Source of the DNA: an uncultured archaeon | Lineage (GTDB): Archaea > Thermoplasmatota > Thermoplasmata > Thermoplasmatales > Thermoplasmataceae | NCBI GenBank assembly: GCA_000965745.1 | Contig: CP009479.1 | Coordinates: 1,760,001-1,824,000 of the forward strand | Length of the DNA stretch: 64,000 bases | Direction: 5' to 3' | Part shown: positions 10,914-21,467 of the stretch, in pieces | Position numbering within the stretch: position 1 is the stretch's first letter | Layout of the letters: each line of letters opens with the position of its first letter | Program-made: the position numbers and the translations under genes | Notes under the pieces: model-generated | Database searches by the model: none | Seen by the model: the letters and a program-made list of their open reading frames with translations, nothing else | Told to the model about the DNA's origin: nothing

Positions 10914-11903
10914 ATGAAAGAAAGGATGATTATGTCCAGGACGCCGCTGAGGATCACTTTTGTAGGCGGTGGAAGCGACCTTCCTTCCTTTTATCGCAGC
11001 GGCGGACCCGGGGCAGTTGTTTCGGCAACCATCAACCGTTACATATACGTGATCGTGAACAAGAAATTTGACAACAGGATAAGGGTCAGCTACTCCAGAA
11101 CTGAAATTGTTGACAGGGTCGAACAGATAGAGCACCCTACTATTAGAGAGGCACTCAAGCTGCTTCAAATCGATGGAGGAATAGAGATCGTAAGCATATC
11201 CGATATCCCTTCATCTGGAACGGGTCTGGGATCTAGCAGCACATTCCTCGTGGGACTTCTTAATGCGCTCCATGCCTACAAGGGAGAATTCGCACCCGCG
11301 AAGCAGCTCGCCGAGGAAGCGGTGATGATTGAACGCAGTATCCTCAACGAACCCGGTGGAAAGCAGGACCAGTATGCCGCCGCTTTCGGGGGGATGAACC
11401 TGTTTGAGTTTTACCCGGACGAATCCGTTTCCGTGAACCCGCTGATCACAAGGGAAGAGAACAGAAAAGCTCTCCAGGACTCCATGTTGCTTCTGTACAC
11501 AGGTATCAACAGAATGTCTGCAGACATCCACAGGAATCAGTCAGCCTACATTTCGGATAAGATGTCAACTTACAGGAAGATGGCCGAAATGGCCCACAGC
11601 TCTTTTAACGCAGTCAGGGAAGGCGATATGGCCACACTCGGCAAATTTATGCACGAGAACTGGAACCTCAAGAAGACCTTAGCCAATGGCATATCTTCAG
11701 GATACATAGACGACAGGTACAGGTCATCAATTGATGCGGGCGCATTTGGAGGGAAACTGGTAGGTGCAGGCGGAGGAGGCTTTCTCCTCCTGCTCGTCCC
11801 GCCAGAAAGAAGATCCGCTGTTGTCTTTGCTGCAGCACCATTCAAGGAAGAGAGCATATCCCTGGAATATGCTGGAAGCAGGATTCTGTTTGTCGGAGAA
11901 TAA
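10914..11903 (+). CDS. hddA: D-glycero-alpha-D-manno-heptose-7-phosphate kinase (GHMP family)
   Basis: RTPLRITFVGGGSD, GTGLGSSS, GGKQDQY, GAGGGGF. Confidence 0.9.
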   Translation: MKERMIMSRTPLRITFVGGGSDLPSFYRSGGPGAVVSATINRYIYVIVNKKFDNRIRVSYSRTEIVDRVEQIEHPTIREALKLLQIDGGIEIVSISDIPSSGTGLGSSSTFLVGLLNALHAYKGEFAPAKQLAEEAVMIERSILNEPGGKQDQYAAAFGGMNLFEFYPDESVSVNPLITREENRKALQDSMLLLYTGINRMSADIHRNQSAYISDKMSTYRKMAEMAHSSFNAVREGDMATLGKFMHENWNLKKTLANGISSGYIDDRYRSSIDAGAFGGKLVGAGGGGFLLLLVPPERRSAVVFAAAPFKEESISLEYAGSRILFVGE

Positions 11904-11945
11904 TTGTGAAGAAACGAGGGTTTGAGTCTTCAGACCTTCTTCCCC

Positions 11946-12965
11946 TCAAAGTAAAATTCTAGATTTGTCAAGATAAAGGCCCTTTTTTTCAGTGCCCAAC
12001 AGGTATTTGTATCGTTCCATGGTGTGTGTCTCGGGATAATCGCCCAATGAGTTGTTTTCAAGCTTCTCCTTTATTTCCATTACGCCATCTTCGATCGTCA
12101 CTGTGGTGTTGTAGCCCAGTACAGACTCTATCTTGCTGAAGGAGGCTCTGTAGGATCTCGTATCAGGGTCCCCGTACCAGAATATCTCGGAGTCCTTATT
12201 CACAGCATTCTTGACGGTCTCAGCTAGATCCTTCAACTTAACATTCAAGGTGGAAGACCCAACGTTGAATACCTCGCCGTTCACAAGCTCCTCATCACTT
12301 TCCAGGGCCGTCTCAATAGCTCTGGAGATGTCGACAACGTGCACGAATGGCCGATATTGCTCGCCATCTCTCATCAGTCCCAACTTTCCTTTCTTCTGGG
12401 CATTCAGGGCCATAGCGTTGATGGCAAGGTCAAACCTCATCCGCTTTGAGAAGCCGAATGCGGTCGCCAGCCTGAGCGCAACCGAGGTAAACTTTGAATC
12501 ACCAAGCCTCAGGTTGTCTTTTTCGACCTCGACATTGGCCTGTGCATAAGTGGTAAGTGGGTTAACCGTAGATTTCTCATCCGCTACGTAGTCCCTGAAC
12601 CCATAGACGCTGCAGGATGATGATACAAGGTACTTTTTCACACCGAGCTTCTTGGAAAGCCTGGCTACCCTAACCCTTCCGATGTAGTTTATGTCCCAGG
12701 TCTTCATCGGATCGAGATCCCCTGCCGGGTCATTGGACAGCGCGGCAAGGTCCACAACAGCATCGTGGTCCCTGAGCAACGATGGATCAAAATATCTGAT
12801 GTCATCCCTGATGAGGTTGCATCCAAGGTCTTTATATTCAGACTCTACGTCATCGTAGTTTAGAAACATCCTGTCGAGCACCGTAACTTCATGACCATGC
12901 TCGACAAGCATTGGGACTAGGACTCTTCCAATATAGCCCGTACCTCCTGTGACAAATATCTTCAA
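11946..12965 (-). CDS. NAD-dependent sugar epimerase/dehydratase
   Basis: VTGGTGYIG, LAALSND, SSCSVYG, MRFDL, RPFVHV. Confidence 0.9.
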   Translation of the reverse strand: MKIFVTGGTGYIGRVLVPMLVEHGHEVTVLDRMFLNYDDVESEYKDLGCNLIRDDIRYFDPSLLRDHDAVVDLAALSNDPAGDLDPMKTWDINYIGRVRVARLSKKLGVKKYLVSSSCSVYGFRDYVADEKSTVNPLTTYAQANVEVEKDNLRLGDSKFTSVALRLATAFGFSKRMRFDLAINAMALNAQKKGKLGLMRDGEQYRPFVHVVDISRAIETALESDEELVNGEVFNVGSSTLNVKLKDLAETVKNAVNKDSEIFWYGDPDTRSYRASFSKIESVLGYNTTVTIEDGVMEIKEKLENNSLGDYPETHTMERYKYLLGTEKKGLYLDKSRILL

Positions 12966-12966
12966 T

Positions 12967-13530
12967 TTATCGACCTCTTTTGTAGATGAATGGTGACTTC
13001 AACTCACTAATGGTCGGCCACTCCTCATCCTTGGGCGAAAGCTGAACATCCTTGGAAGGCGAGGGTATGCCCAGCTCAGGGTCGTTCCATAACAGCCCGC
13101 CTTCTGATTCCTTGTTGTACTCACCTGTAACCTTGTAGTGTACGAGGCTTTCTGTGAGTGTAAGAAACCCATGGGCAAACCCAGGAGGAATCCATAGCAT
13201 CTTCATGTCTTCCCCACTCAGGACTTCGGAGACCCATTTTCCGTATGTTGGCGAGCCTTTTCTGACATCCACGGCCACGTCGAGGATCTTTCCATTAATG
13301 GTTCGTACCAGTTTACCTTGATCGTAGGGTGGTGCCTGAAAGTGAAGCCCTCTAATAACGTTTCCATCTGAGAAAGATGTATTGTCCTGCACAAAATCGT
13401 ATTCTATCCCATTATTGAGAAAATCAGATTTCTTGTAGTTCTCGAAGAAGTATCCTCTGTCATCCGAGAATGCTTTTGGCTCGATCAGGATAACATCGGC
13501 AATCTCCTTTGGTGTGAATTTGAATGGCAT
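12967..13530 (-). CDS. rfbC: dTDP-4-dehydrorhamnose 3,5-epimerase
   Basis: DDRGYFFE, RGLHFQ, QGKLVR, GFAHGF. Confidence 0.95.
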   Translation of the reverse strand: MPFKFTPKEIADVILIEPKAFSDDRGYFFENYKKSDFLNNGIEYDFVQDNTSFSDGNVIRGLHFQAPPYDQGKLVRTINGKILDVAVDVRKGSPTYGKWVSEVLSGEDMKMLWIPPGFAHGFLTLTESLVHYKVTGEYNKESEGGLLWNDPELGIPSPSKDVQLSPKDEEWPTISELKSPFIYKRGR

Positions 13531-13562
13531 CCAAGACAGAATATCCCATTGCTATTTTAATT

Positions 13563-14411
13563 TCATTCTCTCAGTAATCCAAGCGTCTCCTTCATAGCTG
13601 CTATGTTTGAGTCTATTGAGGAAAAGTCTTTCTTGATCAAGGAAAGGGCCTTAGTGGAATCTAGTGAAGAGTCGAATGGCCTTTTTGCCATCATTGAGGC
13701 TACATCATCGGCCTTATTCACAAGGGAGCGTTGAAGTGAGAAGGCATCAGCAATCCTCAGAGCAAAGTCGTATCGTGAGATTCTTTCACCAGCTACATTT
13801 ATGAGGCCTTTTTCTTCCCTAACAACCAACTCCGATATTGCATTGGCAAGATTTGCAGCGTGTATTGGCGAGTAATATCCATGTATTGCTTTAACTTGCT
13901 TTCCCTCTTTCAGTGTGTCCAAAACAAACATCGGAAAATTCTTTGTGTAGCCAAAAACACCGGATGTTCTTACTACGAGGGAGTTAGGATATAGAAGCAC
14001 CTGTACATCCCCAATTAGTTTTGATAATCCGTAGTAATTGATTGGATTTGGTATAGATTCCTCAGAATACCTGCCTAGAATCCCATCAAACACGTAATCT
14101 GTGGAAACGTGTACAATCTTGGCTCCAATGTCATTGCACACACGTGCCAAAATTCCAGGTGCCTCCCCATTCACGGCATAGGCAAGCACATGATTCTTTT
14201 CACACAAATCTACGTTTGCCAAGGCTGCTGCGTTAATCAAAACATCAGGCTCCTCTGAACTGACGATTTCTGAAAGTGTCGCATAGTCAGCGAAATCAAC
14301 AGAACGACCAAGCTTTGAAATGGAATGATAAACCTTAACAGAGTCAGGGTATAGCTTTACAAACTCTCTTCCTAGTTGACCACCCGCGCCAAGGATCATA
14401 ATTTTGCTCAT
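13563..14411 (-). CDS. rfbD: dTDP-4-dehydrorhamnose reductase
   Basis: GAGGQLG, STDYVFDG, YGLSK, RPFDSSL. Confidence 0.9.
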   Translation of the reverse strand: MSKIMILGAGGQLGREFVKLYPDSVKVYHSISKLGRSVDFADYATLSEIVSSEEPDVLINAAALANVDLCEKNHVLAYAVNGEAPGILARVCNDIGAKIVHVSTDYVFDGILGRYSEESIPNPINYYGLSKLIGDVQVLLYPNSLVVRTSGVFGYTKNFPMFVLDTLKEGKQVKAIHGYYSPIHAANLANAISELVVREEKGLINVAGERISRYDFALRIADAFSLQRSLVNKADDVASMMAKRPFDSSLDSTKALSLIKKDFSSIDSNIAAMKETLGLLRE

Positions 14412-14421
14412 TAAAACACAC

Positions 14422-15498
14422 TCATAGCTCCAACTTCGAGTCTCTTCCTACGATGAGACGAATAGTCCTGGATTTTGATTTTGTGGGCATTACAGAAACG
14501 TTTGATCCTATGAGACTACCGCATATCCTTACTCCGTCAGAAATCTCAAGACTGCTCCCATCCATTACAATAGAGTCCTCGATCTCCAAGGTCTTAAGAT
14601 GGCAGTTAACCCCTATTGATGTAAAAGGGCCTATGAAGGAGTCCTCTATCACTGATCTATCTCCTATGTAACATGGTCCCAGAACTTTAGTTGTACCTTT
14701 AAATTCTACATTCTTTCCTATATGAACCCTTCCTGAAATGTTCACAGAACTATATTCATAGTCCGTGGGAACATTAGAATCCAATTTGTCCAAAACCATT
14801 CTGTTGCAGTCCAGAAACTCATCTACCGTGCCTGTATCCTTCCACCATCCGGTGATAACCGAATACCCTATTGACATTTCCCGATCAAGCATTATCTGGA
14901 ATGCCTCAGTTATCTCAAGTTCATCCCTCCAGGAGGGTTTCAACCCGTCTATTATCGGAAAGATCGCAGGAGAAAGAAAGTATGCACCGGCTATTGCGAG
15001 GTCAGATCTGGGCTCCTTTGGTTTCTCTACCAGTGAGACTATTTTTCCATTACTCACTTCCGCAATTCCAAACTGTGAGGGATTGTTTACCTTCGTGAGT
15101 GCGATAAGGGTGTCGAAGCTCTTTGAACTAAACTTGTCGACCAACGACTTCAGGCCACTCTGGAAATAATTATCGCCAAGGACTACGACAAATCTGTCGT
15201 TCCCTACGAACCCTCTTGTCATACCTATAGCATGTGCAATTCCTAGTGGTTTTCCTTGATATGTATACGTTATGCTAACTCCCCAATTGGAGCCATCCCC
15301 ATAATATTCCTGCACCTCGCTCTTTCCAACGTCGCCTATAACGATATTTATCTCTTTTATTCCAATCTCGATCAGGTTCATGAGGGCGTACTCGCTGACA
15401 GGTCTGCCGGCCAACGGTAGTAGCTGCTTGACGTCAGTGTATGTAAGGGGTCGCAATCTGGTCCCATTGCCCCCATGAAGGATAACGCCTTTCATCAT
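14422..15498 (-). CDS. rfbA: Glucose-1-phosphate thymidylyltransferase (long form)
   Basis: GGNGTRLRPLT, KQLLP, EKP, LEIT, WWKDTG. Confidence 0.92.
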   Translation of the reverse strand: MMKGVILHGGNGTRLRPLTYTDVKQLLPLAGRPVSEYALMNLIEIGIKEINIVIGDVGKSEVQEYYGDGSNWGVSITYTYQGKPLGIAHAIGMTRGFVGNDRFVVVLGDNYFQSGLKSLVDKFSSKSFDTLIALTKVNNPSQFGIAEVSNGKIVSLVEKPKEPRSDLAIAGAYFLSPAIFPIIDGLKPSWRDELEITEAFQIMLDREMSIGYSVITGWWKDTGTVDEFLDCNRMVLDKLDSNVPTDYEYSSVNISGRVHIGKNVEFKGTTKVLGPCYIGDRSVIEDSFIGPFTSIGVNCHLKTLEIEDSIVMDGSSLEISDGVRICGSLIGSNVSVMPTKSKSRTIRLIVGRDSKLEL

Positions 15499-15678
15499 AT
15501 TCTGATCGATAAGTATGATATTATACTGATGGATGTGCCATATCCGTAATTAAATAAAGAACTCGGAATTGATCATAAAAGTTTTCGGTTCATATAAGGA
15601 GTCTACTCTGATATTCGCTACATCTAGACCAATATCGGGAAACACAAGTTGTATAGTTGGGATGACCTATCTTACAAA

Positions 15679-16464
15679 TCAATGTGAATTATAGTCCGCT
15701 TTTGTAAAGTCTCTCAGAACAATTCTAGCGTATATCTTCGCTGAAATCCTCCAATACCGTATTAACTCCATCATGTATTTAAGTAGAAACAAAAAATTCT
15801 TATCGACTATTTTTGAGGATCCCCTCTCCCTATCTACCATCGTGAATGGTACCTCTTCCACCGAAATTGACGGATTGGCGGCCATTATGTATAGGGCTAG
15901 CTTGTATGAGTCGGCATATGGAAACAGGCATGAAATGTATTTCACATCTGTCATAAAATACCCTGAGATCGGGTCTTTTACACCCCTCGTCGCTGGGAGG
16001 AAAATGTGCGACATGAATACAGCTCCTCGGCTAATGACTCCCCTCACCGGCGACCACGAATTAGAACCCCCCTTCATATATCTCGATGCGATGATTAATT
16101 CCGACTTACCACGTGACTTTTCTATCATCCTTGGGACCGCCTCAAGCGGGTGCTGAAGGTCCGAGTCCATCACAATGACCGTTCGATTGGAAGCCTGTTG
16201 TGAACCCGTTATGCACGCATTAACCATGCCCATCTTTTGCCATCTTTCGACGAGCTTGATCCTATAGCTATGGCCCGAATTCATGCTTCTCCTTATGATC
16301 TCTTTGGTAGAATCTGTACTACCATCATCCACAAAGACGAGTTCATTAATAGAATGAAGGTTGTTTTCGGAAATAATACGATCAAAGGAATCAAGCAATT
16401 CCTGTACATTGTCCTCCTCGTTGAGGACTCCCAATACTACGGATATGCCACCCACAGACAGCAT
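15679..16464 (-). CDS. Polyprenol-phosphate hexose synthase (DPM1-like GT2)
   Basis: VDDGSTD, MDSDLQHP, ASRY, DPISGY, RERGSSK. Confidence 0.88.
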   Translation of the reverse strand: MLSVGGISVVLGVLNEEDNVQELLDSFDRIISENNLHSINELVFVDDGSTDSTKEIIRRSMNSGHSYRIKLVERWQKMGMVNACITGSQQASNRTVIVMDSDLQHPLEAVPRMIEKSRGKSELIIASRYMKGGSNSWSPVRGVISRGAVFMSHIFLPATRGVKDPISGYFMTDVKYISCLFPYADSYKLALYIMAANPSISVEEVPFTMVDRERGSSKIVDKNFLFLLKYMMELIRYWRISAKIYARIVLRDFTKADYNSH

Positions 16465-16631
16465 CTGGAAGGTAATTCAAAAGGTTGGATATTAATCTAT
16501 GCCCCATATATGGTTACAAAGTTTCAAAAAATAGTTTTTTTCCTCAAAAATGGACGACTTTATCTTGCCGAACTGAAATCACTATTTGACAAATCTCCAT
16601 AAATCAAGTTTTAGGATCTTGAAAAGAAGTC

Positions 16632-18902
16632 TCAGACCCGCTCCAATTGTATATTATTCAGGACAATATCTGCATTGGGTGTACCATTGGAGTATGAGGT
16701 GAATCCTCTTATTTCTGAGTTTGGATATGGCTGGCTCAAATTAACTGTGTAGCTGAAAGTATAGTACCCCGGACCAGCAATCTTTGACATTGATATGTTT
16801 GAATTCAACAAGCTTATCGTATCAAAAACAATCCAGTCAACTGTGAGAATAGTGCTATTTTCAGAAAGATTGCCCTTTATAGAGTTGAATGAAACATTGA
16901 ATTTGAGCGAATATTTCCCGGGGAGAAAGGTGTAATAGGGGCCATACCAAATGTTTCCTGTGTCTATTCCTTCATTAAAGACATGCTTATTTTCAATAAG
17001 AACACTGGAAGCATTATTTGGATTAGGAATTTTTACCCCGAATTGCCCTGAACTGAGTTGTCTGCCATCCAGATTGAACAATGAAACATTTTGGTATGGG
17101 TAATAAGCAGAAGGGCTGTTCAATTTATATCCTTTCTCAAACAGATAGATTGATCCAGGGTACTGTGTCAGGGAGTATACGTAAGAGACCAGACCGTAAT
17201 CGGAGGTGTTAAATAGCGTTTCCTTCAAGAAATTGGGAATCAGGGAAAACTGTGAAGCATCGACTAAAACATAGGCTGGCAAATTGGATTGATTGAATGG
17301 AAAAAATGGAACCCTTTGGCTGTACTCACTTGGAGGGAACCATGCAAGTGAATATGAATTTGGATTATTCGCCACAAAGGGGAACAAGTTGTCTGAAGCA
17401 AGAACAGTAGCTTTCTGGGGAACGTCTTCAACTAATTTACCCATGAATTGGTATTCTGCGTTATACCCATATTTAAGCCAATAACCCGGTGAATTACTAT
17501 GCCCAAAATTGTTGGTGTTTAAAGGGGAAAGGGCGATATTCAAAACTAACAGAATACCGAGAAATGCTAACACTTTCCCTTTCGATATGGGTCTTGCCTT
17601 TGGGATTTTCCTTGCTAATTGATCCCTGATGATAGCGTACCTTTCACCTTTAGACGTTCCGCTCGGGTCAAACAGTATGACAAAGAAAAATATAAATGAC
17701 AATGAAAGAAAACCCACTACGTCTAATGGAATAGTCTCAACAATCTGCCAGGAATTATGTACAGTTAACACAAACAGAAGTAAAGCTATCAACGAAAACA
17801 TAAAAATGGGCACCCTATCAGATTTGATCTTTGATAGGCCGTTAACAGATGCAACTGCAATGGGTGGAGCAGCAACCAAGGAGTATTGAAAACCCAATGA
17901 GGCATATCCTTCATTTAGAAAAATAGTAAAGAAAAACCAGGGTAGCGCCAAAACAAAATGTTTCGGCGAAAGCAGACCAAGAAATCCAAACGATGCGTAA
18001 AGCATTAACCAATAAACAGAGGCATTCCCTATGAAGGGAAATGACAAGTTGATCAAGAAAAGACCCCGAACGGAAGCAGTTACTGAACCCGTTTGTGTGG
18101 TTCCACCTACTAAGTGAGGCAAGAGAATATACTGAATCGCCCTAATGGATATATATGATATAACAGAGATTACAAAAATAAGAGTTAATATTCTCCATTC
18201 CCTCACAAATATCATACTCTTAATATCCAGGAATCTGAGCCCAAATTTTGAAAATGAGGAAAATAGTATTATCCCCATCGCCAGAAAAGGAAACACTTCT
18301 AGTGTCGAGACTCCAATAATGAATGGTACTAATGAGAGGGCATATTTCTTCCTCTCAACCAAGTAAAACATGCTGAGAAATTCCAGTGGCAGGAAAGATT
18401 CCCAGTGGAAATCGTACATATATCCAGAGATCATAAGGAAGTTGAATAGATACAGTAAAATGAAGAGAAACAGAATTGTATTGTTTTCAATTTTATTTCT
18501 TGCAAGGAAATAAAGGGGAATAATGGAAGAAGATAAAACAGTAGCCTGGATTACAAACAGCGTTAGTGAGTAGGGCAGGAGACGATATATGTACGAGATC
18601 GGAAATGCAATATATGCACTGTGGATTTGAAGAAAGCTATGGACACCGAAGAATGTCAGATCACTAGTCTCAAACATCAAATAACCGTGAGTGGTAGTCC
18701 ACAGAGTTTGCATTGCTATTCCCAAATCCCAGTTAAGCGCAAGGAAATTTAAAACCCTGAGATAGGAAAGGTAGGAAAAGACGGCAGAATAGAGCAAAAT
18801 GATGATCATCAAAATAACATAATCTTTAAAATGAGGGCGCCTTTGCTTGATGCTCAAATTACTACCAACCTCTTCATCAATGCTGCCCTCTTTCACTTTC
18901 AT
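16632..18902 (-). CDS. DUF2079-like multi-pass membrane protein (GT-C-type glycosyltransferase candidate)
   Basis: WDLGI..Q, H...I, YDFH motifs; many TM helices and a C-terminal extracellular domain; adjacent to the DPM1-like gene. Confidence 0.75.
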   Translation of the reverse strand: MKVKEGSIDEEVGSNLSIKQRRPHFKDYVILMIIILLYSAVFSYLSYLRVLNFLALNWDLGIAMQTLWTTTHGYLMFETSDLTFFGVHSFLQIHSAYIAFPISYIYRLLPYSLTLFVIQATVLSSSIIPLYFLARNKIENNTILFLFILLYLFNFLMISGYMYDFHWESFLPLEFLSMFYLVERKKYALSLVPFIIGVSTLEVFPFLAMGIILFSSFSKFGLRFLDIKSMIFVREWRILTLIFVISVISYISIRAIQYILLPHLVGGTTQTGSVTASVRGLFLINLSFPFIGNASVYWLMLYASFGFLGLLSPKHFVLALPWFFFTIFLNEGYASLGFQYSLVAAPPIAVASVNGLSKIKSDRVPIFMFSLIALLLFVLTVHNSWQIVETIPLDVVGFLSLSFIFFFVILFDPSGTSKGERYAIIRDQLARKIPKARPISKGKVLAFLGILLVLNIALSPLNTNNFGHSNSPGYWLKYGYNAEYQFMGKLVEDVPQKATVLASDNLFPFVANNPNSYSLAWFPPSEYSQRVPFFPFNQSNLPAYVLVDASQFSLIPNFLKETLFNTSDYGLVSYVYSLTQYPGSIYLFEKGYKLNSPSAYYPYQNVSLFNLDGRQLSSGQFGVKIPNPNNASSVLIENKHVFNEGIDTGNIWYGPYYTFLPGKYSLKFNVSFNSIKGNLSENSTILTVDWIVFDTISLLNSNISMSKIAGPGYYTFSYTVNLSQPYPNSEIRGFTSYSNGTPNADIVLNNIQLERV

Positions 18903-20029
18903 ACCTCGGAAATGATCTTTTGAAAAACTTGCCTTACACGCCTGAGAAACTTCATTTGTGAATAATTATCAAACTGTCTGATTGATTTTTCTGCTGATTC
19001 CCTGTATAGATTAACGTCAAGAAGCTGTGTTATGCATTCGATCCACTGGACAGGGGAATCAAGCGGAACCAACTGACCAGCATCCCCAACTATCTCCTTC
19101 ATTGGTTCGATGTCATTGGCAATGATTGGAATTCCAAAGGCCATCGCTTCCACAAGTGGGATGCCAAAACCTTCGTAACGAGATGGATAAATTAGCACAT
19201 CAGTATTAGAGTAAACCTCTTCCATGTTCTCTGCGTTTTCAACGACGCAAAGATTCGGCAGTGTAAAAGAATTAAGTTGTTCTTTGGTTGACCTTTTCAG
19301 TTTTGATACTAAGATAAATTCTATTTTATTCCCCTGCAAATGAGCAATCTTTGCCAGTTCCAGAAAGAAAACTATGTTTTTGTGCGGTTTATCCTGAGCA
19401 ACGTAGGCTACGGTTATCTTTCCAGAGGACGTGATTCTGTCGGCCGATTCGGATATGTGAGATGGCGTCTTTTTAAACAAGGTACTTTCAATCACCACCT
19501 CAATTCTATCCTTTTCAAAACCGAATTCCAAAAGCTCTACTTTGGTCTTCATGCTTGGCACTATTAACAGAGATGATTCTTTAAGGTTTTTAAGAAGGTG
19601 GCGGTATATCAAAGTAGTCACTTTTCTGTCAGCATACTCAGTGAGAGGTCTCAAATCATGCACGAAAGTCACAGCCTTCACGTTTGGACCAAATGTCCTG
19701 ATTAACGTTGGATCGGATATAAATGCCAAATCGCACTCGGCAGACTTCATCTTCTGCTTGAAGCAAAATAGTCTGTTTATACCCATACTCAAGGTCTCCC
19801 CAAAAAATGTATTCCCTTGTATTTTGACTTCTCCAACCGGATATTGGCCTGGATCTTTTTTATCCATCAGCTGGAACCATTTGGAGCACAAACCAATATT
19901 TTGGAAAGCATTTTTGTACTGTAGCATAATATTAGTGATTCCAGCAAATCTCTCAGATGCGTTAATGATGCCAATGGTCTGCAAGTCTTTCGATGGGACA
20001 TCATTAGGTTCTATAAATTTTCCTGTCAA
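18899..20029 (-). CDS. GT4 glycosyltransferase
   Basis: HDL, HKN, PSRYEGFGIPLVEAMAFG. Confidence 0.92.
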   Translation of the reverse strand: MTGKFIEPNDVPSKDLQTIGIINASERFAGITNIMLQYKNAFQNIGLCSKWFQLMDKKDPGQYPVGEVKIQGNTFFGETLSMGINRLFCFKQKMKSAECDLAFISDPTLIRTFGPNVKAVTFVHDLRPLTEYADRKVTTLIYRHLLKNLKESSLLIVPSMKTKVELLEFGFEKDRIEVVIESTLFKKTPSHISESADRITSSGKITVAYVAQDKPHKNIVFFLELAKIAHLQGNKIEFILVSKLKRSTKEQLNSFTLPNLCVVENAENMEEVYSNTDVLIYPSRYEGFGIPLVEAMAFGIPIIANDIEPMKEIVGDAGQLVPLDSPVQWIECITQLLDVNLYRESAEKSIRQFDNYSQMKFLRRVRQVFQKIISEV

Positions 20030-20160
20030 AGGGGTTATTTACCGATATAAACCCTGCTTGATAAACGGAAGCCCTAATCACAGGTAATTCCTGAAGTGCC
20101 TGAAGCTTGGTCTGTCACAAGCGAACCATAGAATTAAATACGGGATAGGTAACATTTTCG

Positions 20161-21303
20161 TTACTCACTGATAGCACCTTCCAATAATACAATGATCTTC
20201 TCAATATTTCGTTCAATTGAGAACTGACTTGCCCTCATTATACAGTCACCTGGGGATAATAACGTCTTCCTGCTTTTCCACAGTTTCACCCCACACTGAA
20301 CAAAGGCGGTCTTAGACTCAGTTAACCATCCCGTAACTCCATTTATTACTGTTTCAGATGGGCCTTGCTTGTTATAGGTGAGAACCGGCGTGCCACATGC
20401 CATTGACTCTACCGGCACGTATCCAAAAGGCTCATCAGTAAATGGAAATGCAGTAAATAAAGCATTTGTATACAGATTGGCGAGAGACTTATCTGATATA
20501 TTCTCTTTGAATAATACTTGATTTCTAATCTCGTGATACTGCCTACTGGATATGTACTTGCTACCGAAAGCTACGATTTTCACTCCGTTCCATATCAAGT
20601 CCTTGATAGGTTCAAGATCTGTTTCCTTGCCTAGATACACCAAGACAAAATCTCTTGACGGAGCTGTGGTAGTAGGTTTAAAGGATGAAAAATCCTTCGT
20701 CGTATAGATTGTTGTATCAACATTAAACCCCATTGCATTATAAAGACTCTCCAGATGCTTTGAATTAGTCACTTTCTTCTTTGCATTTTTTTTGTATTTT
20801 GTGAGAGTACGTTTCTCAAGATGCAGAAGAATCTTTCCTAAAAGTAATCGAGTGATTTTCGCTGGAAGACTCGTCTCGGAATAATTCTTAATGGCGTGGT
20901 CTATTGGTGGTCCCTGGATCCACCACACATCTGACTTAACTGGGTTTGTCATTGATAGATTCAAAACCTTGACCGGAAAAGAGGCGTCAATCTCGCTTGA
21001 CAATTCCTGTGAATTTCTATACAATATATTCTCCCGAATCCAACCCTCTATCCAGAGTGTGGTTTCATTGCTGGCACCAAACAATGAAAGCAATCTGTTT
21101 AGGAGAAGCCCATTCTTTTTTCCAACTCTTACAGAAGCATTCAGTTCTTGAAGTTCCTGGACTGTCTCATTAGGCAGGTATGGGGAGAAGATAATGACTT
21201 CATACAAATTCCTTAGATGGGCTATCAAGGTCTTGATAAGCTGTAGTTGTACTGAAAATTTCGGAGAAATCGGATCTATTGCTATCATCAACTTATTGGT
21301 CAT
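20161..21303 (-). CDS. GT4 glycosyltransferase
   Basis: EPFGYVPVESMACGTPV. Confidence 0.9.
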   Translation of the reverse strand: MTNKLMIAIDPISPKFSVQLQLIKTLIAHLRNLYEVIIFSPYLPNETVQELQELNASVRVGKKNGLLLNRLLSLFGASNETTLWIEGWIRENILYRNSQELSSEIDASFPVKVLNLSMTNPVKSDVWWIQGPPIDHAIKNYSETSLPAKITRLLLGKILLHLEKRTLTKYKKNAKKKVTNSKHLESLYNAMGFNVDTTIYTTKDFSSFKPTTTAPSRDFVLVYLGKETDLEPIKDLIWNGVKIVAFGSKYISSRQYHEIRNQVLFKENISDKSLANLYTNALFTAFPFTDEPFGYVPVESMACGTPVLTYNKQGPSETVINGVTGWLTESKTAFVQCGVKLWKSRKTLLSPGDCIMRASQFSIERNIEKIIVLLEGAISE

Positions 21304-21467
21304 TAGATTACATGGGATTTCACGTTATGATATAAATTAGTTTTTTTGTCTTTGGGAGCCATTATTTACTCTATCAGACAATTAATTTACCCTGAAATTG
21401 CCCAATTCCATTCACAGATTCTTTAAAAAAAATATTACTATATCTTGGTATCATTGCGTTCAATACA

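Noticed and set aside
13055-13070. rfbC as a pseudogene (GIPSP instead of the usual GIxWP)
   Set aside because: It is a single substitution; the ORF and catalytic His/Lys/Tyr motifs are intact.
16632-18902. Oligosaccharyltransferase AglB
   Set aside because: No WWDYG motif; the DLG and YDFH motifs fit the DUF2079 type.
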